64,000 nt of DNA from an uncultured Gammaproteobacteria bacterium (GTDB taxonomy: Bacteria > Patescibacteriota > Patescibacteriia > JAHIZJ01): assembly GCA_964371245.1 (NCBI GenBank), contig CAYJKP010000003.1, positions 8,986 through 72,985 of the forward strand, written 5' to 3'. Numbering within the stretch: position 1 is the first letter of the stretch; the number at the start of each line of letters is the position of its first letter. This document shows, in pieces, positions 50,904 to 58,422 of the stretch. Both the position numbers and the translations under genes were made by a program. The notes beneath the pieces were generated by a model. The model did no database searches, was not told where the DNA came from, and was given only the letters and a program-made list of their open reading frames with translations.

Positions 50904-51039
50904 CGATAACGGGCCGCGGCTGATGCGACGTGGCCGGAGCCCCGCTTTGCGGGGTGACGGACATGTTCGCATAGGCGCTGTTGTGCGATGTCGCAGCAGC
51001 GACGAGCAGAACAGCGACGGTAGGCGCGGCCCGTTGTGG
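50904..51039 (-). repeat. attC-like site 9 with two alternative GTT partners (50980 or 51033)
   Basis: AACGGGCCGCGGCT pairs either with TAGGCGCT-GTT (50972-50982) or with TAGGCGCGGCCCGTT (51021-51035). Confidence 0.7.
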
Positions 51040-51066
51040 CGAGGAGCGAAGCGATTTCGCCACAAC
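51033..51066 (-). other. empty (ORF-less) first cassette, 34 bp
   Basis: GTTGTGGCGA-14 nt-TCGCCACAAC, perfect 10-bp terminal inverted repeat. Confidence 0.6.
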
Positions 51067-51110
51067 TAGTTATTATGCGTACTTAAGGCCTATTATGCCC
51101 CTATTATTGC
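51064..51110 (-). other. attI-like primary recombination site, integrase-proximal half
   Basis: The only array AAC core not followed by an attC body; TATTATGC at 51071 and 51091, TATTATTGC at 51102. Confidence 0.7.
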
Positions 51111-51173
51111 ATGTTTTGCGTAATAGTGCTAGTTTATTAGCGACGGGAATATTTTATCCGTTATTTTTATTTT

Positions 51174-51992
51174 ATGACCGTTCAAACCCACATTGACCAG
51201 ACAGTCAGAGAGCTGAAAATACGCAACTACAGTCCGAAAACCGTCAAAGCCTATGTCTACGGAATTCGGGAATACCTGATTTACAAAAATACGGATTTTC
51301 ATGTGTACAGCGAAGAAAGCGTTAAAGATTACCTCCATATGCTGGAACAGAGGGGCGTGTCGGCGCAAACCAGAAATGTGTGCCTAAACGCGATAAAATT
51401 CTTTTACTGTGCCGTTGTGCGCTCCGTGTCCGGCGTCGAGGTGCGTTCGGCGAAAAAAAGTAGGAGCCTGCCGGTCGTGCTTTCCCGGGATGAAATAAAG
51501 ACTATAGTTGATAGCACGCGAAACGCCAAGCATCGGCTGCTGATCTCTCTGGCTTACGGCGCCGGCTTGCGGGTCAGCGAGGCGGTGAATCTGCGAACGG
51601 GCGACATCGATACGAATGAGCTGACGGTGCGGGTTCAGGGAGGCAAGGGCAATAAAGACCGGCTGACGCTGTTTCCTGGCCGCCTGGCGGATGATATGAG
51701 AAATATGCAGGCCGGAAAAAGCGCTGATGATTTTGTGTTTGCCAGCGAACGCGGTGGCCCCTTGACCGCGAGAACCGCTCAGAAAATATTCGAACAGGCG
51801 CTGGCCAGATCCGGCATTAAAAAAAACGCGACCTTCCACAGCCTGCGGCACAGTTTTGCCACGCACCTGCTGGAAAACGGCGTTGATATACGGTACGTTC
51901 AGGAATTACTCGGCCATAGTAATATCAGGACGACGCAGCTGTACACACAGGTTACAAATCCGATGTTGAGAAACATAAAAAGCCCGCTGTAA
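51174..51992 (+). CDS. short integron-integrase-like tyrosine recombinase (no I2 insertion)
   Basis: N-terminal RNYSPKT..AY SAM-like domain, LPVVLS; intact R (GLRVSE), K (GGKGNKDR), HSLRH, LGH, Y (TTQLYT); 272 aa. Confidence 0.9.
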   Translation: MTVQTHIDQTVRELKIRNYSPKTVKAYVYGIREYLIYKNTDFHVYSEESVKDYLHMLEQRGVSAQTRNVCLNAIKFFYCAVVRSVSGVEVRSAKKSRSLPVVLSRDEIKTIVDSTRNAKHRLLISLAYGAGLRVSEAVNLRTGDIDTNELTVRVQGGKGNKDRLTLFPGRLADDMRNMQAGKSADDFVFASERGGPLTARTAQKIFEQALARSGIKKNATFHSLRHSFATHLLENGVDIRYVQELLGHSNIRTTQLYTQVTNPMLRNIKSPL

Positions 51993-52029
51993 TCGGGCAT
52001 CGCACGCGGAAATAGTTTTTAATGGAAGG

Positions 52030-52401
52030 TTAATCAGAAAAATATTCATGCCCCAGACTCACCTCGTTCAGGCTCATCGCCCGCTGGTGTTCCGGCGGAT
52101 AGATTTTGATGATGATAAACCTGCCGGATGTTGTTTTCGTCTCCGCGTGGATAGTCTGCTCAACGATCAGACAGTGGCCCCAGTACAGCCACTTATCGTC
52201 AATATTGTGCACCAGAAAAACGCGGCAGGGCGGGGAATGATATACCCGCATATTCGGCTTGTCATGAAAATCAAAAACGCGGCCTTTGAAATCATCGGCC
52301 GTGAATGGTTTCTTCAGGTGCGCCTCCAGCGTCAGCTCAGGCGGAAACCCCTGGGCGGTCGTAATCTGGAGCGTGTCGTTAAATTCAATATAGCTGCCCA
52401 T
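52030..52401 (-). CDS. conserved-looking hypothetical protein
   Basis: 123-aa ORF co-oriented at the end of the glycogen cluster. Confidence 0.7.
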   Translation of the reverse strand: MGSYIEFNDTLQITTAQGFPPELTLEAHLKKPFTADDFKGRVFDFHDKPNMRVYHSPPCRVFLVHNIDDKWLYWGHCLIVEQTIHAETKTTSGRFIIIKIYPPEHQRAMSLNEVSLGHEYFSD

Positions 52402-52410
52402 GGGTTGACG

Positions 52411-53343
52411 TTACTTCTTCCGGCGGTAAAATCGGGCCGCCTCCTCGGGCGAAACGGTATTGACGATCAGACGGGAGCCAAGCTCGAGACCGGCCCAGGT
52501 GTCGCGTCTTGGGCAGATGCGGATATAGAAGTGCTCATCTTTATAATGCACCACTTGATGGACATAAAAATTGTACGGAAAGTTTATGGCGTTTAGCTTC
52601 GAGAGGATCGGTTTCAAGGCGAGGGCCACCGAACGACGCTCCCGATCATTCAGATCGGCGAGATTGTCGATATGCCGGCGGGTCAGAATCATTACCTCGT
52701 AATTATAGGTTGAGGCGTAGGGGGTGAGTACGGCCACGTTCTTGTCGTGCCAAACCCAGCGTGGCCCGCCCTGTTCCCGCTTGATCAGGCGGCAATAATA
52801 GCAGCGGCCGTTGCGAATTTCATATTCCTCGGCGCGGGCCAGTTTTTCCAGCACGTGGGGCGGAATGAATTCAGCGGCGAAAATCTGGGAATGGGCGTGA
52901 TCAATCGAGGCGCCGGCTTTACCGCCGTCATTCTTGAAGACAAGGACATAGTTAATGCGCGGGTCCTTAGCAAGCACCCTGATCCGCTGACCGAATGTCT
53001 TGAGCACGGTGATCAGCTGGTCAAGCGACAATTCGGCCAACTCAACATCGTGCTCCGGCGTTTCTATCACGACTTCCTGATGGCCGTAGACGGCCTGATT
53101 TGTTTCCTCAACGATCGGAAACTTGTTTTTTATCACCTTCACCTGCCACGGCCGTTTCCCAACCGTCGCAATGGCTTTCACCTTATCAACCACTTCGGGG
53201 CAAAAGGGACAGTCTTTCTTGTGAATCATCGGCGGAATATGCTGGCTGAAGTTGTGCGGCCGCTTTGATCGTCCCGGCGCGATGATGACCTGGCGGTTAT
53301 GGATGTAGTCCTCTCGTATTTCGGCTTTGGGTGTCGGCTTCAT
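52411..53343 (-). CDS. GalT-like (HIT superfamily) sugar-1-phosphate nucleotidyltransferase
   Basis: RSKRP, CPFCP, NKFP, GASIDHAHSQ. Confidence 0.88.
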   Translation of the reverse strand: MKPTPKAEIREDYIHNRQVIIAPGRSKRPHNFSQHIPPMIHKKDCPFCPEVVDKVKAIATVGKRPWQVKVIKNKFPIVEETNQAVYGHQEVVIETPEHDVELAELSLDQLITVLKTFGQRIRVLAKDPRINYVLVFKNDGGKAGASIDHAHSQIFAAEFIPPHVLEKLARAEEYEIRNGRCYYCRLIKREQGGPRWVWHDKNVAVLTPYASTYNYEVMILTRRHIDNLADLNDRERRSVALALKPILSKLNAINFPYNFYVHQVVHYKDEHFYIRICPRRDTWAGLELGSRLIVNTVSPEEAARFYRRKK

Positions 53344-53347
53344 ACGC

Positions 53348-54808
53348 TTACTTTACCAATTTCTTATAGAGTTGTACATATTCTTTTGCCGCCGTGGTCC
53401 AGGTTGAGTCGTGAGCCAGAGCTGTTCGAATGAGAGATTTCCAGGCGTCTGGTTTGTGCCGGTAGACGTCAGTGGCTCGCTCAATTGATTGAATGAGCGC
53501 GGTCGTGGAGTATTCGCTGAAGACAAAGCCGTCGCCGGCGCCGGTGGCCGGGTTGTAATCCTCAACCGTGTCTTTCAGTCCGCCCGTAGCGCGGACGATC
53601 GGCACGGTGCCATAACGCATGGCAATAAGCTGGCCTAGACCGCAAGGTTCAAAACGCGACGGCATCAGAAAGATGTCTGAACCGGCGTAGATGGCTTGCG
53701 CGAGGCTGGCGTCAAAACCGATCGTAACCGAGACGTGTTTCGGGTATTTTTTCTGGGCTTCCTGGAGCATTGTTTCATATTCCGTGGCACCCTGGCCCAA
53801 AATGATCAATTGAGCGCCCAGCTCGACGATTTTCGGGATTGCCTCTGCAATCAGCTCGATGCCTTTCTGGTTCGTCAGGCGCGAAATCAAGCCGAAGACG
53901 AGCGTCTCGGGATTAACCGCTAGGCCAACCTTTTCCTGAAGTGCCTTTTTGTTGTCGGTCTTCTTCTCGATTGTCTCGCTGGTGTAGTGGACGGCGATAT
54001 CAGGATCAGTGGCCGGATTGAAACGGTCTTGATCAATTCCATTGACGATACCAAAGAGCGCCGAGCGCCGTTTTTGGATATCTGATTCAAGTTTTTCCCC
54101 GTATTCCGAGGTGAGAATTTCTTGGGCGTAGGTTTGGCTAACCGCGTTCAGGAGGTCGCTTGAGCGAATACCCTGCTGGATTAGGTTGATATCGCCCGAT
54201 TCGAGGGGCAACGGCAATTCAGCCTCTTTGAGACCGAGAAAATCGAGCACGTCAGCCTTGTTCCACAATCCCTGGTTGGCCAGATTGTGGATGGTAAAAA
54301 GCGTTTTAATCGATTGGAGCGCCGGTTCGGATCGCTGTTTGAGTTTCAGCAGAGTTGGGAGAAGGCCGACGTGCCAATCTTGGCAATGGATGATATCCGG
54401 CGACCAGCGGATGCCGCCAAATATTTCAAGAATCGCTTTCGAGAAGAAGACAAAACGGTGGACCTCGCTGATCGAGTCGACAAAAGCGGTTTTTGAAAAA
54501 TAAATTCCGTTCCGGCCAAGATACTTCTCATTGTCGATCAGATAGACGATAACATTTGTGTTCGGAATGGTGGTCGAATAGACATTGATGTATTGGGTTT
54601 CAGCGCCGAGCGTAACCGGAATGTTAGAGGCGACCAATCGGCTGTTGTATTTTGCATCGTCAATGACGTCGTATTTCGGTAAGACGACGCGGACGTCGAC
54701 GCCGAGCGTTGCTAAGACTGGCGGCAAGGCACCGGCGACATCGGCCAAGCCCCCGACTTTAGCGATTGGCGTCAATTCAGCGGTAGCGAATAGGACTCGT
54801 AGACTCAT
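53348..54808 (-). CDS. glgA: glycogen synthase (GT5)
   Basis: KVGGLADV, HCQDWH, SRLTNQKG, PSRFEPCGL. Confidence 0.95.
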   Translation of the reverse strand: MSLRVLFATAELTPIAKVGGLADVAGALPPVLATLGVDVRVVLPKYDVIDDAKYNSRLVASNIPVTLGAETQYINVYSTTIPNTNVIVYLIDNEKYLGRNGIYFSKTAFVDSISEVHRFVFFSKAILEIFGGIRWSPDIIHCQDWHVGLLPTLLKLKQRSEPALQSIKTLFTIHNLANQGLWNKADVLDFLGLKEAELPLPLESGDINLIQQGIRSSDLLNAVSQTYAQEILTSEYGEKLESDIQKRRSALFGIVNGIDQDRFNPATDPDIAVHYTSETIEKKTDNKKALQEKVGLAVNPETLVFGLISRLTNQKGIELIAEAIPKIVELGAQLIILGQGATEYETMLQEAQKKYPKHVSVTIGFDASLAQAIYAGSDIFLMPSRFEPCGLGQLIAMRYGTVPIVRATGGLKDTVEDYNPATGAGDGFVFSEYSTTALIQSIERATDVYRHKPDAWKSLIRTALAHDSTWTTAAKEYVQLYKKLVK

Positions 54809-54818
54809 GGGTAGTGTG

Positions 54819-55799
54819 TTAATAAGGATGAAATTTTCCGGCGAGAATATTCAGTACGACTTTTCGGAAAAAGGGCAGCGCTTTCACGGCGTATTTTTTT
54901 TCGGTCGGATTTGTCGTCAAGATAAAATAATCAATATTATTAATGCTTTGCAATAGGACTTCGACCGTAAAGAGCTCCCAAAAATGTTTCTTGAAGAGCG
55001 TCTGTCGATAGAATGATCGGAGCAGGGCTTTTTGCCAGGCTGGATGAAGGCGACCGCGGCACCAGAGAACGGAAAGGTCGTGGGCGGCTGTGCCCCAATC
55101 GACATTTTCCCAATCGATGATGAAGAATTTATTCGGTCCGTGCTTGAAGAAATGACTGGCGTACGGCTCATAATGCGTCAAGGCGTTCTGGTTGGTATCG
55201 AAGATGCGGCTCCGTTCAAGTAAAAAGCGTTGGGTTCGCTCGATAATCTGAGGTGAGTCGATCAGCTGAGGCAATTTATACCAGCCGATCAAGGCCATGT
55301 TCGTTTCCAAATTGTGCCCGGTATAGACGCGGCGCAAGTGCGGCGGAAATCGATGCGACAGACGATGCACGCGTCCAAAAAAAGTCGTATACCATCGGAT
55401 CGTACCGGCGGTGAAGAAGGAGGGTTTAAAAATGAAGTTGCTGTCCTTGATATTCTGCACTTCGCCGGATAATTGCTCGCGGATGTACCAGCGCCGGCCG
55501 ATCAGCCCATAGGCGTAGATACGACCGGTCCGGCCTTGGAAGAAGCGCGGGTCGCGTTGCGAAAAGTAGCTTAGGAGCAGCGCCTCTTTTTTTAGTCCGT
55601 GGTTTGGGAAGGGATCGGTTTTTGGCGGCTTGAAGCACATTTTAAAGATGACGCGCCGGTCACCCATTTGGCACGCTGCCACAAAAAACCTCGGACCATT
55701 GCGATAGACGTCAAGAACGGTCAACTGATAGGCAGTGATGATCCGTTTGATATGCTGTTCGCCGTCGTGGCGCTCTTTAGCGGTGAGACGCGGTTCCAT
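54819..55799 (-). CDS. APH/choline-kinase-like phosphotransferase with degenerate motifs
   Basis: IFK, LTHYEPYASH (in place of HGD..N), IIDWE. Confidence 0.65.
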   Translation of the reverse strand: MEPRLTAKERHDGEQHIKRIITAYQLTVLDVYRNGPRFFVAACQMGDRRVIFKMCFKPPKTDPFPNHGLKKEALLLSYFSQRDPRFFQGRTGRIYAYGLIGRRWYIREQLSGEVQNIKDSNFIFKPSFFTAGTIRWYTTFFGRVHRLSHRFPPHLRRVYTGHNLETNMALIGWYKLPQLIDSPQIIERTQRFLLERSRIFDTNQNALTHYEPYASHFFKHGPNKFFIIDWENVDWGTAAHDLSVLWCRGRLHPAWQKALLRSFYRQTLFKKHFWELFTVEVLLQSINNIDYFILTTNPTEKKYAVKALPFFRKVVLNILAGKFHPY

Positions 55800-57177
55800 G
55801 TTTTTTCGTTAAGAGGGTTTTTTTCTCCTCCAGTTCGCTGATCCGGTTTCTGATCTGGGCGGCGCGTTCATACTCCTTGCTTCGGGCGGCTTGATACATT
55901 TGACGGGTGAGATTACCCACGATCCGATTATATTCACGGATCGGAATATACGGCATTTCCACGGTAATCCGCTGGGTGACGTCTTCGTCGGCTAGTTTCG
56001 CCATGGTTTCAACCTTGCCGGTCCGTTGCCAGTCAAAAGCCGTAAAAACAATCGTTTGATATAAATCCTGGGCTTGGCGAGCGACGGCCGGGGACTGTCG
56101 CGGTATCGCGAGGATGACGTCGCGGAGTTCTTTGGCGCCCGCCTCAATCATCTCAATGCTCCACCAAGGCATAGCTGAAGCCCACCAGTATTGATCGCTG
56201 TGCAAGGAACGGTCGAGCGCGGGCCGTATTTTGGCATAGGCGGAGGAGGTCGCTGGCAGGCGATGAACTTGCCCGATTGCCAAATTTGTCAGTTTCCACT
56301 GGGCGCGATGGATTTCGTTGTGGACGTCGTTCCAGCGTGAGTAGGGCGTATTTTCTTCTATGTCGCGCTGCATGAGCGCCCAGCTTGACGGTCTAGGAAC
56401 GACCGGCTCGCGTTTAGAAAAGTGCTGCGGCAGCTCAGACAACGTCACGCTCTTAATCTGCGGTACGCGATAGAGATCGAAGAGCAGCTGCTCCAAACCA
56501 GGACGATGATGGCCGAATGTTTCTCCATCCATGGCCGTGACGAGAAAGGAGTGACTTCTCAGGCGGTCACCGAGTAAATTGACAAGCATCCGGCTGGAAA
56601 AGACGCTCACGCCGATCTGAGCAGACAGAATACGGAAACTGATGTCACGTTCTCGGAAAAAGAAAAAGAAGTCTTTGTCTCCGCGCAAATGGCAAATCGT
56701 TTCATGATCGGCGGCATGATGGTTGGGGTGGGCCAGCTCATCGATAATAATCCACTGATAACCCAGTTTTTTTGCCACGCGGGTTAGTTTTGCCGCGTAC
56801 CCCATTTCAGTCGGGAAGAGGCCTTTGGGCTGGTACGCCTTTCCGAAAACACGCCGGTTGGTTTGATGATTGAGCTGGATCTGGCGGATAATCTCTGATT
56901 CCGGCAGGAGCGGAAGGAAGGGATGGTATTTTGCCGTGTCAGTAAATTCGATTTGACCCCGTTCGGCCAATTTCCGGATGTTTGCTAGCACATCCTGGAA
57001 GCCATCGCGCTGGAGCAGCTCGACGAGAATAGCGTTGATATTCAAAGTCAAACGGGCCTGGCGGTTTTTTAAGAAGCCGGCAAAAAGCTTGCGGTAGCAT
57101 TCGTTGGCGATTTTTTTCACCCAAAATGGCTTCTGCGTCGGTGGCTGATAAATGTGGAGAAAGTTTGCCCAATACAT
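55777..57177 (-). CDS. glycoside hydrolase family 57 protein with C-terminal UVR-like motif
   Basis: HIYQP, YHPFLPL, PTEM, MDGETFGHH, SDQYWW; C-terminal AARSKEYERAAQIRNRI. Confidence 0.88.
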   Translation of the reverse strand: MYWANFLHIYQPPTQKPFWVKKIANECYRKLFAGFLKNRQARLTLNINAILVELLQRDGFQDVLANIRKLAERGQIEFTDTAKYHPFLPLLPESEIIRQIQLNHQTNRRVFGKAYQPKGLFPTEMGYAAKLTRVAKKLGYQWIIIDELAHPNHHAADHETICHLRGDKDFFFFFRERDISFRILSAQIGVSVFSSRMLVNLLGDRLRSHSFLVTAMDGETFGHHRPGLEQLLFDLYRVPQIKSVTLSELPQHFSKREPVVPRPSSWALMQRDIEENTPYSRWNDVHNEIHRAQWKLTNLAIGQVHRLPATSSAYAKIRPALDRSLHSDQYWWASAMPWWSIEMIEAGAKELRDVILAIPRQSPAVARQAQDLYQTIVFTAFDWQRTGKVETMAKLADEDVTQRITVEMPYIPIREYNRIVGNLTRQMYQAARSKEYERAAQIRNRISELEEKKTLLTKKHGTASHR

Positions 57178-57181
57178 AGTT

Positions 57182-58414
57182 TTAGGTTACTGTTTTTCCT
57201 CCGAAGACGCGCGTAAACGCTTCGGTATTTAGATATGCTTGACGGATATTTCGAGCGAGGCCGCTTCGTTGCCAGCGGCGCGCTTCCGTGACGATGCCAG
57301 TATAGAGCCGCTGGGCTTGCCGGCACGTCGCTTTCGGACAGTTCAGGAGGGCGAGCACGGCCAGATATTTTCGAGCGGCGGCTGACACGAGTTCTACGCT
57401 CCACCAGGGTGAGGCTGAGGCCCACCAGTACTGGTCAGAGGCCAGGGCTTTATCAAGAAGTTGCCGTGCGCCCGTCTGTTGGGCGTATGGCTGACTCGAT
57501 GATTTGACTGCGCGAATCGTCAGTTCGGTCAGCTTCCATTGGAGCCGGTGGATGGAATTTTGTTTATTTTTCCAGAGGTAATATGGATGACCATGGAGGA
57601 GCTCTGATTCGCGTGATGCCCAATTCGAGGCGACCGGATGAGCGCTTTCCCAACGGCGATAGGTTCGGAGTAATTCAGACAAAGTCAACAAACGAAAGCG
57701 TCGCGATCGAGCGAGAGCAAACCAGGTTTTTAGAAGTCGCGGATTATGGTGGCCAAGGTTTTCGATGTCAACGCCAGTAATTAAGCGGTCATGCACCCGC
57801 GGGTCGCGCTGGACAACGGTCAGGAATACGTCGGGTGACTTCAAGGCGTCCATGAAAAAGAGATCGCTGATGGTACGGTTGCGGAAGATCAGTTTCAGTG
57901 GCGTCTTGTTCAAGCGGTACCCGCGTTCGAAATCGACGGCGCCGAGGGTCCCAGTCAACGAAATTTCATCAAGAATCGTCCAGGCATAACCAAGATTCGC
58001 GAGCATCCGGCCGGTGCGTTCGCTGTAGCACATCTCCGGGAGATAAAAACCGCGAGGAGAGTAGGCTGAGCCAAAGGCAGACCGGTGACAATCGTCGTTT
58101 AAGGCAATCTGCCGCTCGATTTCAGTTTCGGGCAGGAGCGGCACGAGCGGGTGATACTTCACGGTGGCGGTAACTTCGATCTGTTTCCGCTCAAGCAGCT
58201 GACGAATATCAGCCACCACATCGCCCGCATCAAGCGATTCCATTTGTTCCGTCACTGAGCCGCACAGGTTAAGCGTCAGCCGAATGGACGGCTGTCGTTT
58301 CAAGAGTCGAAAGAACGGTCGATAGCATTCACGAATCACTCGTTTGACCACCCGACGATTCCAATCGGGTGGCTGGTACATATGAAAAAAGTTTGCCCAG
58401 AGAACGCGTGACAT
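57182..58414 (-). CDS. glycoside hydrolase family 57 protein
   Basis: HMYQP, YHPLVPL, LPEM, VDIENLGHH, SDQYWW; ATG at 58414. Confidence 0.88.
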   Translation of the reverse strand: MSRVLWANFFHMYQPPDWNRRVVKRVIRECYRPFFRLLKRQPSIRLTLNLCGSVTEQMESLDAGDVVADIRQLLERKQIEVTATVKYHPLVPLLPETEIERQIALNDDCHRSAFGSAYSPRGFYLPEMCYSERTGRMLANLGYAWTILDEISLTGTLGAVDFERGYRLNKTPLKLIFRNRTISDLFFMDALKSPDVFLTVVQRDPRVHDRLITGVDIENLGHHNPRLLKTWFALARSRRFRLLTLSELLRTYRRWESAHPVASNWASRESELLHGHPYYLWKNKQNSIHRLQWKLTELTIRAVKSSSQPYAQQTGARQLLDKALASDQYWWASASPWWSVELVSAAARKYLAVLALLNCPKATCRQAQRLYTGIVTEARRWQRSGLARNIRQAYLNTEAFTRVFGGKTVT

Positions 58415-58422
58415 AGCCTTAA

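Larger units (their letters stand above)
41167..51992. mobile_element. atypical integron-like element: short tyrosine recombinase, split attI-like site and cassette array
   Basis: Nine AAC...GTT hairpins separate unrelated, co-oriented minus-strand genes; the recombinase is divergent at the right end. Confidence 0.9.

Noticed and set aside
41255-50910. Cassette terminal inverted repeats as IS or transposon ends
   Set aside because: No transposase, no target-site duplications, and each repeat starts exactly at the GTT/AAC core
41176-50986. Recurrent AACGTTTGCGTAT...ATACGCTGTT repeats as a CRISPR array or REP/MITE family
   Set aside because: Spacers are whole genes of 0.4-2.1 kb, repeats vary from 53 to 108 bp with covarying stems, no cas genes are present, and copies occur only at cassette boundaries
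51174-51992. Housekeeping XerC/XerD or prophage integrase
   Set aside because: IntI-like N-terminus and LPVVLS, position next to the split site, and no phage genes; only a phylogeny can settle it fully
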